A stretch of DNA of 50,934 nucleotides, taken from assembly GCA_050011835.1 (NCBI GenBank), contig JBEKII010000005.1, positions 1-50,934 of the forward strand. The letters are read 5' to 3'. This document shows, in pieces, positions 10,042 through 16,546 of the stretch. Under the pieces are notes generated by a model. It had not been told where the DNA came from and made no database searches. It saw only the letters and a list, made by a program, of their open reading frames with translations. Position 1 is the first letter of the stretch. Each line of letters begins with the position of its first letter. This stretch comes from Minisyncoccia bacterium. GTDB lineage: Bacteria; Patescibacteriota; Minisyncoccia; Phycocordibacterales; Phycocordibacteraceae. The position numbers and the translations under genes are program-made.

Positions 10042-10914
10042 TTATTTGTAAAGTGCCACAGTAGCATCTATAAACTCGTCCAAATCGCCCGCGAGGATGG
10101 AATCGGGGTCGTGGGATTCGTGGCCTGTGCGGTGGTCCTTAACCATTTTATAAGGATGGAGGATATACGAGCGGATCTGGCTGCCCCATTCATTCGCGGT
10201 TGTCGCGGCGATGGAGCGGCCTTTTTTTTCGGTTTCGCGCTCGGCTTCCCTTTTCGTAAATAATTTCGCCTTCAGAAGCTCCATCGCCTTCTCGCGATTG
10301 GCCTGCTGGCTGCGCTCACTTGAAACGTGCACCGAAATTCCAGAAAGAACAGAGCCAACTCGCACAGCAGTTTCTCGTTTGTTTACATTTTGACCTCCGG
10401 CACCCCCCGATTTCGCAAATTGAATTTCAATATCTTCCGGCAACTCAACTTTTTCTGTTGGCGCTAACACAGGCAGAACTTCAACGAGCACAAAGCTCGT
10501 TTGGCGCTTCGCATTCGCATTAAAGGGTGATTGGCGCACGAGGCGATGCACGCCCGCTTCATGTTTTAAGCGTCCATACGCGCCCACGCCCGTTACTTCC
10601 AGCAATACGTTCCGATATCCGCCCTGGCTATTTTCATTCGCATGAAGCTCGCGCACACGCCAACCTTTCCGCACCGCGTAGCTCTCATACATGCGGCGCA
10701 ACATCCGCGCGAAATCTTCTGCATCGTCACCGCCCGCGCCCGCGAGAATGGCTAGGGTCGCATTACCAATGTCATGAGAATCGCCCAAATTACCTTCTTT
10801 GAGCATCTGATATTCCTGCACCAGATGTTGCGCCTTTTCTTTGTCGGACCAAAATTCAGGCGATGTCATCATCGCTTCAAGTTCTTTCATCCTTTTTATA
10901 CTTTTATCTTCCAT
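10042..10914 (-). CDS. prfB: Peptide chain release factor 2, short form
   Basis: SPF tripeptide (VRQSPFNA) and GGQ motif (SGGAGGQNVN). It is only 290 aa, and the ORF starts 8 nt after a tRNA gene. Confidence 0.9.
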   Translation of the reverse strand: MEDKSIKRMKELEAMMTSPEFWSDKEKAQHLVQEYQMLKEGNLGDSHDIGNATLAILAGAGGDDAEDFARMLRRMYESYAVRKGWRVRELHANENSQGGYRNVLLEVTGVGAYGRLKHEAGVHRLVRQSPFNANAKRQTSFVLVEVLPVLAPTEKVELPEDIEIQFAKSGGAGGQNVNKRETAVRVGSVLSGISVHVSSERSQQANREKAMELLKAKLFTKREAERETEKKGRSIAATTANEWGSQIRSYILHPYKMVKDHRTGHESHDPDSILAGDLDEFIDATVALYK

Positions 10915-10921
10915 ATCCTTG

Positions 10922-10994
10922 AGCCGCCTCCCAGGATTGAACTGGGGACCTACGGTTTACGATACCGTCGCTCTACCAGCTGAGCTAAGGCGGC
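10922..10994 (-). tRNA. tRNA-Thr (anticodon CGU)
   Basis: Hand-folded 73-nt cloverleaf: GCCGCCT acceptor, anticodon loop AUCGUAA, T-loop TTCAATC. Confidence 0.85.
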
Positions 10995-11038
10995 ACTATA
11001 CTGGCATTTCTAACACAAAATTCCCTTCTAAAACAGTG

Positions 11039-11304
11039 AGCCGAGAGTCGGGATTGAACCGACGACCTCATCCTTCGCTTACACCTCTTCTTTATTTATG
11101 CAAGAGGGCTAGACTGTATCTTTTCGCCAGAGGCGAACCCTTGTCAGTCGTTCGGGCCCCGACGATATCGTTGGAGCCACGGTCTTATCCATTTATTTTA
11201 TGCGGACGTTAACCGTTATTCGGGATTCACTATTCTGTCGCCAGAAAAGTGGGCGGGGCTAACGGTCCACCATGGATGTGCTCTACCAACTGAGCTATCT
11301 CGGC
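11039..11304 (-). tRNA. tRNA-Thr (anticodon GGU) interrupted by a 193-nt intervening sequence
   Basis: The 5' exon (11304..11269) and 3' exon (11075..11039) join into a canonical 73-nt cloverleaf with anticodon loop AUGGUAA. Confidence 0.7.
11076..11268 (-). ncRNA. Putative group I (self-splicing) intron in the tRNA-Thr anticodon loop, no ORF
   Basis: The insert follows a U and ends in G. It contains a GNRA-capped hairpin, long-range pairings and a terminal hairpin compatible with a compact group I core. No covariance-model check was done. Confidence 0.5.
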
Positions 11305-11405
11305 TAAAACAATCATTTCATGACTGTTCGCCCGGACATTCAGTTGCTGAATGTCTTAGGGCTCATCACATACTAACCGAACATCTTGATTTTCCCAAAC
11401 CCTTT

Positions 11406-11735
11406 TCAATACAACAAAATTCCGATCACGATGATAAGGTCAAAGATAACAATGAGTATATTCGCGAAAAGAAGCTGTTTATCTTTATGCACTGCGCCAT
11501 AGAGCGCCCAAAGCGCGTTGATGCACGCGAGCAAGAGCCAGGTAAGGAGTGAGATGCCGGTACTGCTCTTCGTCGTATAAATTTGAATAATTTGCGGCAC
11601 CAGCGCGAGGGGCGCGACAATACCGACGCCATACATCAGATAATCAAGAAGGCGCTTCCATATATTTGTAGCGGGAAAAGGTTCAAGGCCTTTGGCGAGA
11701 CGAGCTCGCGCGCGTATATGACGGAAGCCGAGCAT
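11406..11735 (-). CDS. SemiSWEET / PQ-loop family sugar transporter
   Basis: 109 aa with three TM helices. PQ motif context LVPQIIQIYTTKSSTGISL is typical of the bacterial SemiSWEET/MtN3 half-unit. Confidence 0.75.
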   Translation of the reverse strand: MLGFRHIRARARLAKGLEPFPATNIWKRLLDYLMYGVGIVAPLALVPQIIQIYTTKSSTGISLLTWLLLACINALWALYGAVHKDKQLLFANILIVIFDLIIVIGILLY

Positions 11736-11736
11736 A

Positions 11737-12105
11737 TTGTATACTTATAGCATGAAAGGCCTTCTCAATTATGAAAAAGAAGAGCGCCCCTGGGGAAACT
11801 TTGAGCGCTTCACTCTTAATGAAAAAACGACTGTGAAGATACTGACTCTCAACGTTAATGAGGCACTTAGCTTACAGACCCACGAGCATCGCGACGAATT
11901 CGGGCGCGTGGTGAAGGGTTCCGGCACTGTCCGTATTGCAGAAGTAGATACCGAGGTGCATGAAGGCGATACGTTCTTCATCCCGCGAAATACCGCGCAT
12001 CGCGCCATTGGTGGCTCAGAAGGATTCGCCTATCTTGAAATATCCTTCGGCGATTTTGCCGAGAGTGACGAAAAGCGTCTTCAAGATAATTACGGTCGGG
12101 AATAG
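11737..12105 (+). CDS. Cupin-fold protein, mannose-6-phosphate isomerase type II C-terminal domain-like
   Basis: RPWG..F, SLQTHEHRDE and HR cupin motifs. The tracked start is TTG 11737; in-frame ATG 11752 is an alternative. Confidence 0.7.
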   Translation: MYTYSMKGLLNYEKEERPWGNFERFTLNEKTTVKILTLNVNEALSLQTHEHRDEFGRVVKGSGTVRIAEVDTEVHEGDTFFIPRNTAHRAIGGSEGFAYLEISFGDFAESDEKRLQDNYGRE

Positions 12106-12516
12106 CCGAGACATCTGCTTCGTTCTTTTGCCCGATTATTCCTTCACCTATCGGAACGATAGTAATGTCTTCGTTATTAGGGACGTTTGATGCATCAAGG
12201 CATTGGGTAGCGGTTTGAGGAGTTAATTTCCACCCATTGGCACCTTTCGAATAACAGACTAAGGCGTGGAACATTTTGTCCTCAGTGTTCTTGGTCAGGA
12301 CATCGCCGAGCTTTTCTCGCCCGTATTAGACAATTTTGTCCAATAAAGATCAGCAACTAACCCCGCGAAACCTTCTTTATTGATTCCCTCTTCGACATTC
12401 ACCGCGAATGCGATGTGCCTGTGGGTCGTCTGAAAGATATCACCCTTAACAAATTTACGATCATTAGGCCAGGGCTGTGTTTACATTTCAAAACTACATT
12501 AGGGTAAGATAATCGG

Positions 12517-13149
12517 ATGCAAGTTACTGAACTGCATCCGGAAATAGATAGCTTGCAGTTGCGCTACGGCGCGAAAGGACTCTCGGCAATCTATGGTGCA
12601 GGATGCATCAACAATCCAGAAGTGATGTTGATGTTTATGAATCCGACGGGAAAAAATATTTCGGCTAAGCCCAAGTGGACAGGATTACGCGCTCCTTGGA
12701 TTGGAACAAAGCATATTTGGCTCTTACTCCATAAAATAGAATTGCTTTCGGAAAAGATTTTTCAATTAACGCAAGGCGAATGGAACGAAGGGAACGCGCG
12801 TGCGGTATATGAGGAGCTTTCTGCGCAAAAAATCTATATCACTAATCTAGCAAAATGCACGCAGATTAACGCACGGCACTTGCCTGATTCTGTATTCCGG
12901 GCGTATCTACCTTCCACTCAAAAAGAAATTGCGTTGATTAACCCGAAACGAATAATAACTTTTGGGAATCAAGTGAGCTCCATTCTCCTTGAGAGGCCTG
13001 TGTTAGTTAGTGGATACATGGGAAACAAAAAAGAAACGTGTTTCATAGCAGATAAAAATTTCGACGTTTATCCGGTTTACTATCCCATCGGACAGGGACA
13101 ACGAAACCGGCCGCTCACCGTGAGGCGCATCCGAGCAATACTGAAATAA
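12517..13149 (+). CDS. Uracil-DNA glycosylase superfamily protein (divergent)
   Basis: The conserved YITNLAKC segment and overall size fit UDG families 4/5. Motif A is atypical (FMNPTGKN instead of GEAPG). Confidence 0.6.
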   Translation: MQVTELHPEIDSLQLRYGAKGLSAIYGAGCINNPEVMLMFMNPTGKNISAKPKWTGLRAPWIGTKHIWLLLHKIELLSEKIFQLTQGEWNEGNARAVYEELSAQKIYITNLAKCTQINARHLPDSVFRAYLPSTQKEIALINPKRIITFGNQVSSILLERPVLVSGYMGNKKETCFIADKNFDVYPVYYPIGQGQRNRPLTVRRIRAILK

Positions 13150-13154
13150 ATCTA

Positions 13155-13217
13155 GCGCGCCCTCGTGGACACTATTGGAACTAGAATTCGAGAGTACGAA
13201 GGGCATATTTTTATTCC
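13155..13217. repeat. 63-bp direct repeat, copy 1
   Basis: Aligns without gaps to 14605..14667 with 5 mismatches. It has an internal hairpin (GCCCTCGT / ACGAAGGGC) followed by ATATTTTTATT. Confidence 0.85.
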
Positions 13218-13256
13218 AGATTTGAAAGAAAAATGTGAATGATATGGTTATAAAAC

Positions 13257-13294
13257 TAAAAGCCAAGAGCGATGTTCTGCTCTTGGCTTTTTTG
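13257..13294. terminator. Bidirectional Rho-independent terminator
   Basis: AGCCAAGAGC / GCTCTTGGCT 10-bp stem flanked by an A-run and a T-run, between the convergent UDG-like and lipoprotein genes. Confidence 0.65.
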
Positions 13295-13304
13295 GCATTT
13301 GCCA

Positions 13305-13670
13305 CTATTTATTTATTATCTTAGACAGTATGTGCTTTTGTTCTCCGATGTAGACCTTGTATTCGGCATCCCGCGGGACCTTCAGAATGAGCTTGTTTCC
13401 TTCTATACTGATATTGCCTATCCAATCGTTGCCATAGTAACTTCCAAATTGTCCTATTCCCTCTAGAATAATTTTTCGCCCATCGTAATCGAAGGCTGCA
13501 GACTTGCAGGTCAATTTAATACCTGGATCTTGCCCTCGGAAATAACCTGTGCATCTTCGAACACCTACTATTAGCTCTCCCGTGGGATCAGGCAGGTTTG
13601 GAGCGCCACATCCGACAATCATCATCGCGACAACAAAAAACAAACAGGACTGCAAACATCTTTTCTTCAT
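13305..13670 (-). CDS. Hypothetical lipoprotein
   Basis: Signal peptide with lipobox (MMIVGC), SD GGAAGG upstream, 121 aa, no family recognised. Confidence 0.6.
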   Translation of the reverse strand: MKKRCLQSCLFFVVAMMIVGCGAPNLPDPTGELIVGVRRCTGYFRGQDPGIKLTCKSAAFDYDGRKIILEGIGQFGSYYGNDWIGNISIEGNKLILKVPRDAEYKVYIGEQKHILSKIINK

Positions 13671-13749
13671 TTTTCTACCTTCCTTTCTTGAATGTTTTTC
13701 AAATACTTTCTACGGCTAGAATACACGACTTCGTCTTTTTGTCAAGGCC

Positions 13750-14611
13750 TTGCGCGCGGGTATCCAGACCCAGTTGGCACAGCACCCGTATCATGGAAAC
13801 CATGTACACGCTCAAACAAATACCCTCGGAGGCGCAGATCCGCCGGTTTCTGCGGCGCACGCTCTTCGGCAAAAACGTCTTCTGTCCGCTCTGCCGCTGT
13901 CGAACGGTCCTGCGCTATGAACAACGGTATCGGTGTATGAGATGCCGTCGCCGGTTCTCGCTCCTTTCGCACACCTGGCTCTCGAATCTGAAGCTTCCTC
14001 TGCAAACATGGTGGGCGCTCCTGTGGTGTTGGACGATACGAGAACCGGTTGTGCAAGCCATGGAACTGACTCATCTGCCTGAGAGGACGGTGCGTCGCTG
14101 GTATGCCACTTTTCGAGAGCATTTGCCTCAGGAAGAGCACGTCTTGGAGCGTATTGTGCAGATGGACGAGGCGTACTTCAAGAATGCCGCACTCATGATG
14201 GCGAAGCAGAAAGGGACGAGAAAGCTGGCGGTATGCGGTCATGTACGATCGCTTCCCGGACAAGGCCGACGCCGTTCAGTTCCTGTTCGAGAAGGTGAAG
14301 CCGGGGAGCGAACTGTGGACGGACGGCAGTACACTATACCAAGGCATCGGCCAACGGTGGCCGGTCTCGCACAGCCGGGATATTCATTCAAAATTCGAGT
14401 TCGAGCACACCTCGGAGATCGAAGGAGTGTTTGCCGTATACCGCACGTTCGTGCGGAGGATGTATCATCACCACTGGAGCGAGAACCTCGAACACTATGT
14501 GAGGGAATTCTGCTTCAGATTTTCCTCGCCGGAATTGTTCGGAAATCCGCGCAGTTACTTATTAAAATCGTTAACGCTTGTGCCAACTCGTTAAGGATAC
14601 CTTTGCGCGCC
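13750..14611 (+). mobile_element. IS1595-family insertion sequence (boundaries tentative)
   Basis: Imperfect inverted repeat TTGCGCGCGGGTATCC (13750-13765) / GGATACCTTTGCGCGCC (14595-14611) brackets the transposase reading frames. No target duplication was identified. Confidence 0.4.
13793..14594 (+). pseudogene. IS1595/ISXO2-like DDE transposase, frameshifted
   Basis: N-terminal IS1595 zinc ribbon (CPLCRCRTVLRYEQRYRCMRCRRRF) and VQMDEAYF lie in the frame of 13793. The catalytic C-terminal half (WTDGSTLYQ...HTSEIEG) is in the +1 frame (ORF 14241..14594). The switch is near 14225-14245. Confidence 0.65.
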
Positions 14612-14667
14612 CTCGTGGACGCTGTTGGAACTAGAATACGAGAGCACGAGGGGCATATTTTTATTCC
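14605..14667. repeat. 63-bp direct repeat, copy 2
   Basis: 58/63 identical to 13155..13217, exactly 1450 bp downstream of copy 1. It starts inside the putative right IS end. Confidence 0.85.
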
Positions 14668-14684
14668 GAAATTGTATTAAAAAC

Positions 14685-14710
14685 CCCGCTACGGATCGCT
14701 CCGCAGCGGG
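14685..14710 (-). terminator. Rho-independent terminator of the PRAI-like gene
   Basis: CCCGCTACGGA-TCGC-TCCGCAGCGGG hairpin followed on the minus strand by GGTTTTTAA. Confidence 0.6.
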
Positions 14711-14722
14711 TTAAGAACTACC

Positions 14723-15445
14723 TCACTCCATCATCCATGGCTTGGCCGCCTCCAAAAAACGCCGGACTTTGTCCAAATCGAAGACTGCATCGTTCTGCGA
14801 TCGCAGTAGCGTCTCGGCATCGATCCAGATCGGACCGGAAGCGACTTCGGAGATCTTTTCCATCTCTTGCGATAAATTCTCCGGAGAAAGCCCGCCAGCG
14901 TAGCCGCAATATTCGAATTGCTGTTTCGGCCACTCCTTCGGTACTATTCCGTTGCCACCAGACTGATCGAACAGGCGAAACGCCATGATCCCCCACCTAT
15001 AAGCTATCGTGTGAAAGATTTTGTCGTTCACACCCTCCATCTGGAAGATGACGGGCTTGTCACGATGATACTGCCTGATCAAATCGGACATCTTCTTGAT
15101 ATCATGGGGGTGATGTTCGGTGTGGAAATTGAGCTGGAGACGATTGAACATATACCAGTGATACCCGAATTCGGTGAAAAAACTCGGGTCTCCCAAGCAC
15201 AGTTTCCGCACCCACTCCCCGCAAAGGTGGCCAGACAGCTTGTAGGATTTATTCTGGAACCACAGGATGTAGAGGTCTTTCAACCAGTCAGAAGACGGAA
15301 ATCTTCTGCGCCCCTGTTGCTTCTTGGACAGCAGGATGCCGAACTCAACGAAAGGATACTCCTCCGCAATCGGAACAAGCTCTTCCGGACGAATACTGTC
15401 GTCCGCACCGGTGACCGTAACGATCTGTATGATTTTTTTAGGCAC
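14723..15445 (-). CDS. TIM-barrel protein resembling phosphoribosylanthranilate isomerase (TrpF-like)
   Basis: GTG start with SD GGAGG (6-nt spacer). LFDQSGGNG, CGYAGGLSPEN and WIDAETLL resemble TrpF phosphate-binding motifs. No other trp genes are nearby. Confidence 0.45.
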   Translation of the reverse strand: MPKKIIQIVTVTGADDSIRPEELVPIAEEYPFVEFGILLSKKQQGRRRFPSSDWLKDLYILWFQNKSYKLSGHLCGEWVRKLCLGDPSFFTEFGYHWYMFNRLQLNFHTEHHPHDIKKMSDLIRQYHRDKPVIFQMEGVNDKIFHTIAYRWGIMAFRLFDQSGGNGIVPKEWPKQQFEYCGYAGGLSPENLSQEMEKISEVASGPIWIDAETLLRSQNDAVFDLDKVRRFLEAAKPWMME

Positions 15446-15593
15446 TTCGCACCTCCTTTTCTATTCGTTATTTTTTGTTCAGTCCGGTGTGACTTTACGC
15501 GTTGGAATGGTAAAAAGCAAATCTATTTTTCCAGTTCCAGTAGTCCCATCGCCCGCGTCAAACGGACTTGTATTTACCTACTGAAAACCTCTG

Positions 15594-15633
15594 CGCGGTC
15601 GATGGGATTTGAACCCACGATCTCTGCCGTGAC
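15594..15633 (-). pseudogene. Orphan tRNA-Asp 3' half (anticodon GUC to discriminator)
   Basis: GTCACGGCAGAGATCGTGGGTTCAAATCCCATCGACCGCG has 30/40 matches to the 3' half of tRNA-Asp at 16471..16542. The T-loop is canonical and no 5' half is present. Confidence 0.6.
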
Positions 15634-15691
15634 GAGATAGTTCTGTGGATAACGCAATAAAAGAGTTACGTCTTCGGTATACTTAAACAAT

Positions 15692-16396
15692 ATGGCGAAG
15701 GTTCAAGAAAAAGCATTTGCAAGAAAATATAGAAAGGCTGGACAGAGCATAAAATCTATCGCCCGTACTCTTTCTGTTTCACCAAGTTCTGTGAGTCTCT
15801 GGTGCGATGATATCCGCCTGACTTCAGAACAAATTAAAAAACTCGATGCAGACCGTCACGATCTTCGGATGAGAGGACTCCTTAAGGGTGCGCAAATGAA
15901 TAAAGCAAAGAAATTAGCGCGTATAGCATTGCACCAGAAAGATGCCCGAAATGTTTTCCGAATCTTGAATAAGCGTGAACTGCTTATTGCAGGTCTCGGC
16001 CTCTATTGGGGCGAAGGGGTTAAAACAGGAAATACGGCAATTGTGAATTCTAACCCGAAAGTAATCGCCTTCGCGGTTCGATGGTTCACTCTCGGCCTCG
16101 ATGTTAACCGTGGAGATTTACGACCTCGTATATTTATTAACCACATCCACGCTTCTCGAATAAGCAAGATACGGGCATTCTGGTCTAAATATCTTGAAAT
16201 TCCAAAGGAACAATTTGCCCGCACTATACTCATTAAAAGAGCTAATAAAAAAGTTTACGAAAACCATGATTCATATTATGGTGTATTGGCGCTTCGCGTG
16301 CGCAGAGCCACCGATCTCAAGTACAAGATTCTAGGGCTCATTGACGCGTTGGCGAATGCCGAGGTAGCTCAGGTGGTTAGAGCATCTCACTCATAA
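15692..16396 (+). CDS. HTH + single-motif LAGLIDADG-like homing endonuclease (putative)
   Basis: N-terminal HTH (GQSIKSIARTLSVSPSSVSLW). The segment NKRELLIAGLGLYWGEGVKTGNTAIV aligns to the I-CreI-type LAGLIDADG helix plus first strand. The ORF ends inside the next tRNA. Confidence 0.5.
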   Translation: MAKVQEKAFARKYRKAGQSIKSIARTLSVSPSSVSLWCDDIRLTSEQIKKLDADRHDLRMRGLLKGAQMNKAKKLARIALHQKDARNVFRILNKRELLIAGLGLYWGEGVKTGNTAIVNSNPKVIAFAVRWFTLGLDVNRGDLRPRIFINHIHASRISKIRAFWSKYLEIPKEQFARTILIKRANKKVYENHDSYYGVLALRVRRATDLKYKILGLIDALANAEVAQVVRASHS

Positions 16397-16431
16397 AGAG
16401 AAGGTCGTGAGTTCAACTCTCACCCTCGGCA
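16358..16431 (+). tRNA. tRNA with anticodon CAU (elongator Met or Ile2), not initiator
   Basis: 74-nt cloverleaf with anticodon loop CUCAUAA. The G1-C72 pair argues against an initiator. Pair 31-39 is an A-A mismatch. Confidence 0.8.
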
Positions 16432-16470
16432 CATGATATTTTTTATTGATTTTGATAGGATGAATGAATT

Positions 16471-16542
16471 GCGGCTGTAGCTCAACGGTAGAGCGCCACC
16501 CTGTCACGGTGGAGGTCGTGGGCCCAACACCCATCAGCCGCG
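16471..16542 (+). tRNA. tRNA-Asp (anticodon GUC) with atypical T-loop
   Basis: 72-nt cloverleaf with anticodon loop CUGUCAC. The T-loop reads CCCAACA instead of TTCRANY. Confidence 0.7.
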
Positions 16543-16546
16543 CAAG

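Noticed and set aside
10841-11212. A 123-aa plus-strand ORF across the tRNA-Thr genes and the intron.
   Set aside because: It is antisense to two well-folded tRNA genes and the intron, and has no SD or family resemblance. It is a shadow ORF. The intron itself contains no credible homing-endonuclease ORF.
11269-11273. Alternative intron boundaries. Splicing after U33 looked attractive because exon CCAUGGU can pair perfectly with intron ACCGUGG (nt 86-92) with a U-G wobble at U33.
   Set aside because: That 5' site needs a 3' exon of 5 loop nucleotides, which would make the intron end in A (..GUGUAA) rather than G. Other G-terminated choices give 6- or 10-nt anticodon loops. Only the 36/37 junction satisfies U, terminal G and a 7-nt loop.
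13598-14680. A 360-aa ORF that looks like one long protein spanning the transposase region and the second 63-bp repeat.
   Set aside because: Only its first approximately 145 codons after 13793 resemble IS1595 transposase. The rest is arginine/proline-rich nonsense in a GC-rich frame that stays open by chance. The real C-terminal half is ORF 14241..14594 in the +1 frame.
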